DNA of 64,000 nucleotides, filler included, from Stramenopiles sp. TOSAG23-2 (Eukaryota): the NCBI GenBank assembly GCA_900128395.1. It is 15 parts of 15 records of this genome, joined end to end, with 100 filler letters (N's around TTAATTAATTAA, not from the genome) between each part and the next. Parts side by side here need not be neighbours in the genome. Positions count along the whole stretch, not along the records: positions 36,021 to 40,411 come from LT650913.1; positions 40,512 to 44,891 come from LT650914.1; positions 44,992 to 49,363 come from LT650915.1; 12 more parts are not named here. One strand, 5' to 3'. How positions within the stretch are numbered: position 1 is the stretch's first letter; each line of letters begins with the position of its first letter. Made by a program: the position numbers and the translations under genes. The notes beneath the pieces are model-generated. The model was given only the letters and a program-made list of their open reading frames with translations. It searched no databases and had not been told where the DNA came from. Shown one piece after another: positions 36,364 through 48,500 of this stretch.

Positions 36364-37968
36364 TTAAGTTTTATTGAATCTAGAAAAAAATCCCCGCTTT
36401 TTCTTCTTCACTGGTTGACCATCTTTCCACATTCCATCATGATAGATCGAACCATCTGCATTAGTGAATTTACCTTTTCCATTTCTCTTACCATCTTTAT
36501 ATTCACCAACATATACATCACCATTAGTCCATGTATATGTACCTGTTCCATGCATCTTATCATCTTTATATTCACCATCATATACATCACCACTAGCATA
36601 TGTATATGTACCTTTTCCATTTCTCTTATCATCTTTAAAGTCACCAACATATACAGCACCATTAGTCCATGTATATCTACCTGTTCCATGCATCTTATCA
36701 TCTTTATATTCACCATCATATACATCACCACTAGCATATGTATATGTACCTTTTCCATTTCTCTTATCATCTTTCCAATCACCATCATATACATCACCTT
36801 TATTCGATCCACTATTCCATGTAAATGTACCTTTTCCATGTGATTTACCATCTTTAAAGTCACCAACATATACATTACCACTAGCATATGTATATGTACC
36901 ATTTCCATTGTATTTATCATTTTGCCATTCACCATCATATACAGCACCACTAGCATATGTCATTGTACCTTTTCCATGCCGTTTACCATCTTTCATTAGA
37001 CCTTCATATACTTTACCATCGTCATACTTCTTTGTTACAGCTGTAATTATAGGTCTCAATGGTCCAATACTATAACTTGTATAGTTCTTCACACCAGCAA
37101 GACAAGGTTTAGCTTTTCCTTGCGTTGCTAACGTACTCGAGACTGCATCAAATAAACTTAAAGGTTGAATAAATAACACTTCATCATTTTTCTTTTCATC
37201 AACCATTTTAGTTACCTCATCAACAAGGCAATGTGTAAAATCACTTGTTCCAGGTGCTGTTTCTGTTGCGCGAGCTGCAGTCATAATAAGTTTACCAGAA
37301 GAATTACAAATTTCTTCCATTTTTCGATTAAATGATTCCGTACCAGCTTTTATCATTCTATTGTTACCAGATTTAACAATTCCATTTCTTCTATTTGTTT
37401 CGCTGTTGCTATTACTATTATTATTATTGTTATTGCTATTTTGTTCTCTTATACTTTTCACTGTATCATTATAATTTTGATGTCCATCGATTTGTGATTT
37501 TGGCTTTGTATCAAACGTATCAAAACTACCAGAATAACACGCATCAAGAAATATGATTACGCGATCTGTACTAACTTCACTTATTAGTGCATTCATTTCT
37601 GTATACTTTAAATATGTATTATGTGCACAACAAAATTGAAAGTTATTATTTTTTACTTCACCGTGTCCTGAGTAATATATAATTAATGAGTCAAGTGAGG
37701 TAATTTTATTTTGTAGTACATTTTGAAAGACAACTTTAATTTTATCGGCAGTTGCACATGGAATTTGTTTCGTATAAGATTTGTCATAATTCAATTTATC
37801 TCTGAATAAATCATGCATTTTATTGACGTCTGCTTCCCACAAATCAGCATGTGGATCGCCACCACCAATACATACTGAATAAAATTTACCTTGATTGTTT
37901 ATATATTCTTCAGATTCTACTCTTTGCAATGGAGGTTGGTTGCTTTTCGAGGAGGGTTTGTTTCCCAT
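36364..37968 (-). CDS. Caspase-like (peptidase C14) protein with a C-terminal MORN repeat array and an N-myristoylation motif
   Basis: YYSGHG and FLDACYSG catalytic dyad motifs. About eight YxGxxKDxKxxGxGxYxxxxG repeats. N-terminus MGNKPSS. Confidence 0.9.
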   Translation of the reverse strand: MGNKPSSKSNQPPLQRVESEEYINNQGKFYSVCIGGGDPHADLWEADVNKMHDLFRDKLNYDKSYTKQIPCATADKIKVVFQNVLQNKITSLDSLIIYYSGHGEVKNNNFQFCCAHNTYLKYTEMNALISEVSTDRVIIFLDACYSGSFDTFDTKPKSQIDGHQNYNDTVKSIREQNSNNNNNNSNSNSETNRRNGIVKSGNNRMIKAGTESFNRKMEEICNSSGKLIMTAARATETAPGTSDFTHCLVDEVTKMVDEKKNDEVLFIQPLSLFDAVSSTLATQGKAKPCLAGVKNYTSYSIGPLRPIITAVTKKYDDGKVYEGLMKDGKRHGKGTMTYASGAVYDGEWQNDKYNGNGTYTYASGNVYVGDFKDGKSHGKGTFTWNSGSNKGDVYDGDWKDDKRNGKGTYTYASGDVYDGEYKDDKMHGTGRYTWTNGAVYVGDFKDDKRNGKGTYTYASGDVYDGEYKDDKMHGTGTYTWTNGDVYVGEYKDGKRNGKGKFTNADGSIYHDGMWKDGQPVKKKKRGFFSRFNKT

Positions 37969-38724
37969 TTATTATCGACCAATTTCAAAGAACTTGTTAT
38001 ACTTGCTGTTCACACGACGATATTTCATATAAAATATTTGAACGACTCATCAATTTTTTCTCCATCACAATGAATGAATTGCTATAATAATTAGTAGTTA
38101 GATTTTAGTTTTTTTTTATAGTTTTATATCATTAATATCATCAATGTATATACGCAGAGAGGATGATATACGTCAAACATACGTAAGTGTATTAATACTA
38201 TGACAAAAAAACTATTTTGTTTGTAATTATTTATGATATAAAATCAATAGTACCAAATTATACAAATATGCGTAATAATATATGAATATAATGGCAATTT
38301 TGACATATATAAAAACACCTATTTTAGCTTGACTATACTAAAAGTAAAATAAGCTATACTATATCACTTCTTACTTCTTACTTCTTACTTCTTATACTTA
38401 TTATTATTATTACACACTATTATAGCATTATAGCACAGTCGATCAGAGGAAGATCTGGAATCACAACACTTAATAACAACACCACCCCTCCTCCGATTTT
38501 ACACTTTAAACACCGAAAATTTTCTATTTAATATATGATACAACCAACACCAACTTCTTCAACATATGTTTTTTTTGCTGCAAAGTTAGATAATGTATAA
38601 GCCAATACTATTGAATGCATTGTAAATCGAATTTGTCCCCGCAAATAAATTAAAGATATTTACAAAGATAAGGAGAACTATCCGAAGATAAGGAGAACTA
38701 TCCCAAAAAATCACAATCGTGAGT

Positions 38725-39408
38725 ATGAACAACCGCAGTTTCGTAGTTATCGAAGATAACAAGGCACTATATCACCAAAAGAAAACAAATCAACTTGGTA
38801 AGAAACCATCAAACAGTACGGGTACAACTAAGCAACCAACTACATTGGCTAAATTGCAAAAACAGTATGAAAATAGGAAAATTTTGCGTGGAGCAGATTA
38901 TTATTGTGCATTTACTGAATTAGTATTCCAAAAACTTTATCATATGTGGATGATTATTGAATTGGACAACGGTAATGGTAATGTTGGTACGATACTTCGT
39001 ATAGAAAACAACGGATCTTCCCAAAAAGACCCAACAAGTCAAATTACAATTAGACAACTTCATCCAAATGAAAAGAGAAATGTCTACCATGATGACGAAG
39101 GCAAAATGTTTCGTTCATGGACAGCACGTGGAGACTTTTTTTTTGCAGACATTTTAACAAAACTAAAGGAAATAAGTGACGAAAACTACAAGTTAGCTCA
39201 ACAAGATTGTCAAAACTTATTAAAGGAGGTTCACCGTATAGGCAAAGAATATGAAGTAAAGGTTGAAAGTGGAGCGCAAGATGTCTCAAAAGTTGCAAAT
39301 AGTGAATTGCAACGTGCTTTGGCAACTTTACTACATCATGGTGAAAAAAAAGAAGGAAAGAATGCCAAAGTTAGTAAAGGAGAAGATAGTTTTTGCATGA
39401 TATTGTAA
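38725..39408 (+). CDS. Hypothetical protein, possibly a permuted papain-like (PPPDE/LRAT-like) fold, with a C-terminal CaaX
   Basis: HMWMIIE...IRIE followed by NYKLAQQDCQNL resembles the H...YxLxxxNC signature. The protein ends in CMIL. Confidence 0.7.
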   Translation: MNNRSFVVIEDNKALYHQKKTNQLGKKPSNSTGTTKQPTTLAKLQKQYENRKILRGADYYCAFTELVFQKLYHMWMIIELDNGNGNVGTILRIENNGSSQKDPTSQITIRQLHPNEKRNVYHDDEGKMFRSWTARGDFFFADILTKLKEISDENYKLAQQDCQNLLKEVHRIGKEYEVKVESGAQDVSKVANSELQRALATLLHHGEKKEGKNAKVSKGEDSFCMIL

Positions 39409-39795
39409 AACGTACTTGATGATATCAAATGATATGATATGCATATGATATCATACGAACGTCATCTTCTAAATCTAATTCTTCGGGCGATTGCCATGAC
39501 AATGTACCAACTACACGAGTATTTTTGGACGGAATACTAGTGCGCAATGCATCTGCTTTGGATAAACCAAAATCACTAACTTTTGCGATCATATCACGGC
39601 CAAAATATTAATTTTAAAAAAAATATATATAATATACGAAGTATATTAAAAATATTTTACGAACAACGTGTATATATGTGTCTTGTTAGGGAGTTGTACC
39701 TTTAGCGCATGACACGCTCTACACTCTAAAAACGTGTTACGAAAGTCGTATCTCATATATATAGTAATCAAATATTTTAATAAGATTATTTGTGT

Positions 39796-40411
39796 TCACA
39801 AACTAGACCTTTTCCTTGTTACATTCTTCTTCATACCATCCTTATTACTATTTTTATAATTATCACTTTTTACAATTTCATCGACAATTACTATGGCTTG
39901 ATGGCGCATCATTGGTAAACCGCCAAATGAAATCCATAAATGATTTGAATCTTTCACTTTATGACCAGTGGTACCAGCATTTATTATATTTTCAATACCA
40001 ATTTCATTAAAAATATTGAGCACTTGATTTGACCCATAACAAAATCTTTATAACTATCCATTAATGCTAATGATTTTATAATGCTTTCTCTACTTAAAGA
40101 CTTTCCATCTGCCGTTTTTGTCGGGGTCGCAAGGACAAAATCTACATCATTATCTGTAAAATATAGATCGCATATTGGCAATTCTTTTCTTGTATATATT
40201 TGACATTCTTTGTAGTCTGTTATATGCGTGTATGAATCATCTGTTTTAACAACGTTGTCAGGTACTAGTTCGATACAAATTGATATAAAAATGGATAAAA
40301 ATACAAAGCTACACATAATTTTCAATATTCGATTATTTTCATTGATAATTGATCTAAAAGCTGTTGCTTGGACTACAATGACATAATAAATCCATGTATA
40401 AGCGTACAAAG
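39796..40411 (-). pseudogene. 3' part of a hypothetical membrane protein split by a frameshift near 40025
   Basis: Two overlapping minus-strand ORFs (39984-40409 and 39796-40023) with no intron space between them. 5'-truncated at the contig edge. Confidence 0.4.
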
Positions 40412-40566
40412 NNNNNNNNNNNNNNNNNNNNNNNNNNNNNNNNNNNNNNNNNNNNTTAATTAATTAANNNNNNNNNNNNNNNNNNNNNNNNNNNNNNNNN
40501 NNNNNNNNNNNAAAATGGGGCTGTAATGCAATGATAATACTAATACACCATCACTATCATGTAATT

Positions 40567-41911
40567 GGTTTGTACGTATATTCTTGTTCTTCTTTTTGTT
40601 GTTGTTTGGTAGTATTGTTATTCTCGTTTGACGATGTTGTTGTTGTTGTGGTGGTGGTGGTGGAGGTTGATGAAGATGGTGGCGGTGGTGGTACGATGTT
40701 TGTTGCTAGTGCTAATGGTGATGATAATTTCAAGACAGGTATGGAATTATTATTAAAAGACCCTGCGTTGTTGTTGCTATTATTATTATTATTATTTGAC
40801 GAAGTTGGTGATGATGCTGGTGCAATAATTGGTGATATCATTGATGTTAATGAATTATTATTACGTGTATTGTATTTCATATTCATACCTTTCTTTGTCA
40901 TATCATCACCATCATCATTATCTACATCCATCGCTTTTGGTTTCTTTGATTTTTTCATATCATTATTATTCTTTGGTTTTAAATGTATATCTGGTTCTTC
41001 ATTTGTAAATATATCATCCATACCATCATCTTCAATACCATTGTATTTAATCGGTTCAATTTGACAATTTATATTTAATGATTTTGCAAATTCCTTTTTT
41101 GTTGGTAAATTTAAATCCACTGTACCGATTAATGAACCATTTTTTGTGAAAAATATAAAACGTTCTTCAAAATGTATACCACAACCAACTACATCACCGG
41201 TGCTATATTTTCTTTGTTCTATTGATTTTTTATTATTGTTACTACTATTTGGAAATAATGATCCATTATTGTTATTGTCCTCGTCATCATCATCATCATC
41301 ATCATGAAACCATTTATCTCCATTTACATAAAATTGTCCTTCATTACCATTATATCCATATGATCCTATGTATATTATTATTATATATTGTTTAATGTGA
41401 CAGTGAATATATTGTTGTTAGTATTCGTGTAGACTTGATATAGTTGCAAATGTATATATAAATATATGTTGATGGCACATATTGTGGATATTGCTTTATA
41501 CAAATACTTACCCTTTGTCATACCAATATTTTGATTTAATTTTGCATCTTTATCAACATATCCAATGGATATATCACCATTTGTACCAGCATTTAATATT
41601 TTGACTTCAAAATAATTAAATTGATATTCAACAGGTATTGGTTCAATCGTTCTTGCGCCACCTGCATCGTGTGTATGATTTGCACGTCCATAATATTGTA
41701 AGGTTAAACCATTTTTTTGTATTCTAGCAAAAACTGGATGTGAGAAACCTAACGTTGTATTCATAGTTGGTTTACTTGGTAATGGTTCAATATCATCATC
41801 ATTATTATATATTATGTTATTGTCGTAGCTGTTGTTATTATTATTGTTATTGTTATCGTCTTCTTTACGTTCATCGTCATCATGAGAAGTGGTAGACATC
41901 ATACTTGCCAT
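40567..41911 (-). CDS. SPRY-domain protein (RanBP9/10, SSH4-like); exons 41911-41512 and 41365-40567; 3' end lost at a chimeric junction
   Basis: YFEVKIL..G....ISIG. After removing intron 41366-41511 the frame reads GSYGYNGNEG and YSTGDVVGCGI...IFFTKNG. Confidence 0.88.
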
Positions 41912-42300
41912 GATTTAATGATGTTAGTATTAAACGATTGTTCTTTTGTTTTAGTTAATTACAATATTATTTCGAAAGAAATAAAAATGTTGTTGGACTA
42001 AAATTACTAACTATCCTCAAAAATTACAAGAAAATTTATATAATTATTTATATAAAAAATGTGGATGAATGATGATTTTTAAAAAAAAAATAAAAAATTC
42101 TAAAAATTCTTCGTAGCAAAACAATTGTAATACAAATGTTATCGAAATATAATGAATTGATCAATACAGACAATATTATCTTTTTCTTTCGTTTATATAT
42201 AATACATATATATATATATATATATACACTTGCTTGACATTTTACAGAATCAATTAAATCAATCAATTATTTATTGAAGTAAGAAATGTTCTTGATGATG

Positions 42301-42634
42301 TTTGTACTTAAACGAGAATATTTAGTATACTTTTTGGTGGTATTTTCACCTAGATAAAATATTACAGGTTTTTGTACTTAATGAGATTATTTGGTATACT
42401 CGTTGGTGGTATTTTCACCTAGATAAAATATTACAGGTTTTTGTACTTAATGAGATTATTTGGTATACTCGTTGGTGGTATTTTCACCTAGATAAAATAT
42501 TACAGGTTTTTGTACTTAATGAGATTATTTGGTATACTCGTTGGTGGTTTTTCACCTAGATAAAATATTACAGGTTTTTGTACTTAATGAGATTATTTGG
42601 TATACTTATTGGTGGGAATATCACCTAGATAAAA
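42301..42634. repeat. Minisatellite, ~69-bp unit, about 5 copies
   Basis: tttgtacttaatgagattatttggtatactcgttggtggtattttcacctagataaaatattacaggtt is repeated. Confidence 0.93.
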
Positions 42635-42747
42635 TGCTTCATTAGAATATTTACAATTTCCCGTTGCTGTGTTGCTGTTAATTTCTTATAATATATAGGA
42701 ATAGCATTGTACCTTTTCAGAAAAGACAACTCCACACGTGCTGTGTG

Positions 42748-43126
42748 CTGTGTTCATGTTAATGTGTGATTATCAATGCTATGTTCATGTTATCCAATAC
42801 TGTGTTCATGTTAATGTGTGATTATCAATGCTATGTTCCTGTTATCCAATACTGTGTTCATGTTAATGTGTGATTATCAATGCTATGTTCATGTTATCCA
42901 ATACTGTGTTCATGTTAATGTGTGATTAACAATACTATGTTCCTGTTATCCAATACTGTGTTCATGTTAATGTGTGGTTATCAATGCTATGTTCATGTTA
43001 TCCAATGCTGTGTTGATGTTAATGTGTGGTTATCAATGCTATGTTCATGTTATCTAATACTGTGTCCATGTTAATGTGTGGTTACCAATGCTATGTTCAT
43101 GTTATCTAATACTGTGTTCATGTTAA
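42748..43126. repeat. Minisatellite, 52-bp unit, about 7 copies
   Basis: ctgtgttcatgttaatgtgtgattatcaatgctatgttcatgttatccaata is repeated. Confidence 0.93.
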
Positions 43127-43590
43127 AATACCACTAAAACACTATATATATATGAGGTGAATGTGTATATATCATATGTATTGATATGTACAATCTATAT
43201 ATATATATATATACATAGTCATCGATAGTGTACATTGTATTTGTTTTGTTTGGTTTACTTTGAAACAGAACCATTGGTTCAAAAAAATATAAAAAAATAA
43301 TTTTGAACTACAACATCATTTCTTCAAAAAATTTTATTAATTTATTTTAATAATTTTAATAATTTTGGACTAAAAAAACACGAAAAATAGTAAGATAGAA
43401 AGTTAACCGTCTTTTATAGAAATATAATATTGCAAGGGATACAATATAGAAGATACGTTCAACAGTATAAACATCAAGAGAAAAATAATACTGCGATATC
43501 CATATCAATATTTAAATACATATATATCATATATATAACCTCAAATAATAATAATAATCATCCAAATATAAACGAATAATAATAATAATC

Positions 43591-44455
43591 ATGGATAATA
43601 ATAATAATAATAATAACAATAAATTTATACAACCATTAGCAATCAATAAAAAAAATAGTAACGACAACAAAAACAACGACAACAATAAAAAGCGTAAATT
43701 ATCCGATACAGAGCAACAACAACAACAACAACAACAATGCCCTGCACCTCCACAATGTATCTTAAATTTACAATCATTACCATTTGGTAAACATAATTTT
43801 ACAAAATTCTTTTTATTATCACCAAATATTACTTTTCTTAATCATGGTTCATTTGGTGCAACAGCAAAAGTCGTCTTAGCAAAACAACGTAAATTAGTAA
43901 ATACATTAGAATCGCATCCGGATCAATGGTTTCGACGTAATGTACAAACTGAAATACGTAATAGTGCGAAAATATTAGCAAATTTTATCGGTGCAGATGA
44001 AAATGATTTAGTATTTGTACAAAATGCAACGACTGGTATTAATAGTGTTTTACGTTCATTGGAATTACATGATAGTGATGGTGTATTAGTATTATCATTG
44101 CATTACAGCCCCATTTTAACAACATTACGTAGAACATGTGAATATAAACAAGAAATTATTGATTTAAAAGAATTAAACGTTAGTAATAAATTGCCATTAC
44201 CAACATCAAGTGAATTGATTGAATTAGTAGAACAAAATTTAATAGCAAATCCACATATAAAAATTGCTATATTTGATCATATTACATCACCAACTTCATT
44301 AATTTTACCAGTGAAGAAATTAGTAGAAATATGTCATAAATATGATGTACGTGTATTGATTGATGGTGCACATGCATGTGGGCAAATACCATTAAATTTA
44401 AATGATATCAATTGTGATTATTATGTTGGTATGTATCATTTTGTTTATCTATCTA

Positions 44456-44488
<33 letters not shown>

Positions 44489-44825
44489 TAAGTTAAAACT
44501 AACAATATCTTACTACGTATATTATTAGGTACCTGTCATAAATGGTTGTTTTCATGTAAAGGTTCTGCATTTTTATGGGCAAAACAAGAAGTACAAAATA
44601 TTTTATCACCATTGGTTACGGTACAATGGGATGCTGATTTTATTAATAATTTCTTACGACAAGGTACAAGGGATGAGACTGCATTTATATGTGCCGGTGT
44701 TGCAGTGAATTTTTATCAACATATTGGTTTTGAGCGTTTACGTAAACGTAATAGTGAAATGGTTATTAAAATGGCATTGACATTAGCAAAAATGTGGAAT
44801 ACAGAAATTTTAGCACCAAAAAGTA
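43591..44825 (+). CDS. Class-V PLP enzyme (L-cysteine desulfhydrase / isopenicillin-N epimerase / Egt2-like); exons 43591-44428 and 44529-44825; 3'-truncated
   Basis: FLNHGSFG, NATTGIN, FDHITSPT and LIDGAH motifs. Removing intron 44429-44528 restores GTCHKWLF (PLP lysine). A second intron starts at 44826. Confidence 0.9.
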
Positions 44826-44835
44826 GTAAGTTTGT

Positions 44836-44891
<56 letters not shown>

Positions 44892-44992
44892 NNNNNNNNN
44901 NNNNNNNNNNNNNNNNNNNNNNNNNNNNNNNNNNNTTAATTAATTAANNNNNNNNNNNNNNNNNNNNNNNNNNNNNNNNNNNNNNNNNNNNA

Positions 44993-45307
44993 CATTTCCA
45001 AGTAGTTAAATATTTAATTGAACAAGGTGAAGCTGATCCTAATATTACAAATAGTTATGGACAGAATGCATTACATTTAGCAGCATTTAATAACAGAATG
45101 AATACTGATCTGATAAAATGCTTACTTGAAAATATGTCATTGCAGTGCATTAATCACTCTGATAGCGATGGGTGTACCCCGTTAGATAATGCGTACCAGA
45201 GTAATATTAATAATGAAATTAAAGATGAAATAATTCAATTAATACGCAAACACGGAGGAATATCTCACAAATATAATGAAAATGGTGAAAGAAAAGAGAG
45301 TGCTTAA
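44993..45307 (+). CDS. 3' end of an ankyrin-repeat protein (5'-truncated)
   Basis: HFQVVKYLIEQGEADPNITNSYGQNALHLAA...DGCTPLDNA. Confidence 0.85.
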   Translation, partial: HFQVVKYLIEQGEADPNITNSYGQNALHLAAFNNRMNTDLIKCLLENMSLQCINHSDSDGCTPLDNAYQSNINNEIKDEIIQLIRKHGGISHKYNENGERKESA

Positions 45308-45523
45308 AGAAGAGTCTCGTAGTAGTGGTGAAGATGATTAAACGGTACCGATGTGGTGTTAATCCAAAATAGATGTACTTTAATATTAATCATATTTGTA
45401 ATACCACTAGAATTTCTACTTTTCATACGTAATTACGAGAATTCTCTTTTTACCGTCGGAGGTCTCTCTCTCTCTACTATCTTAATCTTCTATGTGTTGT
45501 AAAGGATTTATTGAATGATTTTA

Positions 45524-48500
45524 TGATATTTTCCAACATCCAGATGCAATCAGGATCGCTGGAAAATATCTCAGTTATTTTAAGTAGCAGCAGTATTGCC
45601 ATATGGACCTGGATCGATGCTTGTGTAACATGCAGAAGACTTGATAGAGAATTTAGGAGCCTAGATTAGGAGGTATTATATAGCGGAGTATACATGTGCT
45701 GTAGTCGATCAACGTGCTATGTTAATGCCATCGAATTTAGGACTTTGAGTTGTTAGGAGGAGGAATTTGGAATAAGTTGGAGGTAACAGACAAATATTAG
45801 TTATGGAATAAATTGATTATCACTAGATTAAATAAATGTTTAGAGAGGGATTTTACATACACAGAGAAGAGGTTAGGGATGTTTTAATATCTTATAGGAT
45901 GTTGAGAAAGATATTTAGGTATTAAGTGGATTAGAAAACAAAATTTTTTTGCAAGTTTATATATATGGAGGTTCATATCCGGTTATGCCGAATATGGATA
46001 TAAAATTGCAAATTATTTAGGTTATAATTATCATGGACTAAATGTTGTGTCTATTTTTGGACATAATTTTTATCGTAAGTGTGGAACACATATATAGATG
46101 AGATATCGGTTCTAATAGCCTAGTCGTAGATCTTTAGAGGTCAGGTTAAGATATTCTAGGACAAGAGAGATTAGTTTTAGGAGGAGGAACGAATACACAA
46201 TGGCCAGGTGATATATTTTGGAAGAAGGAATATTTGAATTTCCGGTTGTGACGAATATGGATATAAAATTGCAAGCCAGTGGGGTATAATATCATAGACT
46301 AAATGTTGTGCCAAATTTTGGACATAATATATGGATATCCGGTCGCTACAATATTTGAAGGTATGGCTGAGGAGAATTTGAGTTGCCGTAGAAGATAAAA
46401 TTGGATAGAAGATGAGAGGAAAGTGTATAAAGATCAGGTTACACAGGAAACAGCAATAACGAGATTTGCAGGACATCAGGATCTAGTTAACAGGTTTTAG
46501 TTGGTCGAACAATCGACATCAGAATGTAGTTGGTCAAAAGATTGACATCAGGATTTAGTTGACAAGGGATAGTTGACACCAGGTTTTAGTTGACATGGGA
46601 TAGTCAATATCAGGATTTAGTTGACATGGGATAGTCGATATCAGGATTTAGTTGGTCGAAAGATTGACATCACAATAGATGGACATCGGGATTTAGTTAA
46701 CATGGGATAGTTGACAAGATGTCATTGGTCTTAAGACTGGCAACCAGGATATACACCATGGGATTGGGGTTCCGGATTTAGTTAGCCATGGGATCGGTTA
46801 GCAATCGGGATTTCGTTGGTCTAAAGATGGACATTGGGATTTAGTTAACATGGGATAGTTGACAAGATTTCGTTGGTCTTAAGACTGACAACCAGGATAT
46901 ACACCATGGGATTGGTGTTCCGGATTTAGTTAGCCATGGGATCGGTTAGCAATCGAGATTTCGTTGGTCGAAAGATGGACATCGGGATTTAGTTAACATG
47001 GGATAGTTGACAAGATTTCGTTGGTCTTAAGTCTAACAACCAGAATATACACCAAGGGATGGGTGTTTAGGATTTAGTTAGCCGACCAGTTAGCTATAAT
47101 AATTTCGATGGTCGTAAGACTGACAACCAGAATATACACCAAGGGATCGGTGTTCTGGATAAACACCAAGGGATAGGTGTTTAGGATTTAGTTAGCCAAC
47201 CAGTTAGCTACAATAATTACGTTGATCGTAAGACTGACAACCAGAATATACACCAAGGGATCGGTGTTCTGGATAAACACCAAGGGATAGGTGTTTAGGA
47301 TTTAGTTAGCCAACCAGTTAGCTACAATAATTACGTTGATCGTAAGACTGACAACCAGAATATACACCAAGGGATCGGTGTTCTGGATAAACACCAAGGG
47401 ATAGGTGTCCAGGATTTAGTTAGCCAAGCAGTTCGCAATCAGGTTTACGTTGGTCGTAAGACCGATAACCAGGATATACACTATGGGATGGGTGTTCAAT
47501 ATTTAGCTAGCCATGGGATCGGTTGGTAATCGGGATTTCGTTGGTCGTAAGATGACAACCAGGATATACACCATGGGATGGGTGTTCAGGTAAGTAAGTG
47601 CATGATGACGTAGCGAGATCGAGATACCGGAGCAAGATATAGGATACTGTTGTCGTACGATGATATGGCATGAGCAGAATACCAGAGCAGGATACAGGAT
47701 GGCATGTTGTCATTAGACGAGATAACTCGTTAGAATTTTGTCGCTTAACGATATAGTGAGGTTTAACGTGTTACCGGTTACCAAGAACATGAACATGATA
47801 TGTTAGGTTACATGACGAATAGAGTGAAGTGACAATGGGTCTTAGGTGGGAGGAGATCATGGTATAGGAGAGAAACGAGGCAAGATAGAAGATGGAGTAG
47901 CAATATTGGGTTAATGATGGTAGCAGAGACTGGCAAAGTATATAACTGAATTGGTTGAGGCCCGAGTAGTACTAGGTGAGGTCGAAGAAGCTAAGAAGGG
48001 TGGTGGAGTAAATACAAGGTGATAAGGGGGCATAGGACATGCTCAATAAATAATATGAAGCAATCAAAACTAAGGCAGATAGGAGAGCAACAGAGTATGT
48101 CGCGAGGTTTACGATACTATCACATCTAACATTGGTGTATAGTTACACAGGGTAAATATACAGTATGGATGGAGTGCAATGTATGATGTGTGAAGAAGTT
48201 GGGATAATGGTAGTGGGTTTAGGACAAAACGGGACCGGTTGGTATCACTAGATTAAATAAATGTTTAGAGAGGGGTTTTACATACACAGAGAAGAGGTTA
48301 GGGATGTTTTAATATCTTATAGGATGTTGAGAAAGATATTTAGGTATTAAGTGGATTAGAAAACAAAATTTTTTTTTTGTTTTGTTGATTGTTAAGTGAG
48401 AGTGAGTGGAAGTGGACAGCACATCCGGTTGAGTCTCCGGACTTAGCTGGGTCCATAAAAGTTAAATGCCAATTAAAGTAACGTTGTTTATTATAGTTTA

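Noticed and set aside
36316-37075. Overlapping repetitive ORFs (36316+, 36408-, 36464+)
   Set aside because: They are shadow frames of the MORN repeat array.
42301-47590. CRISPR-like appearance of the repeat arrays
   Set aside because: The units are contiguous tandem repeats without unique spacers, there are no cas genes, and the context is eukaryotic.
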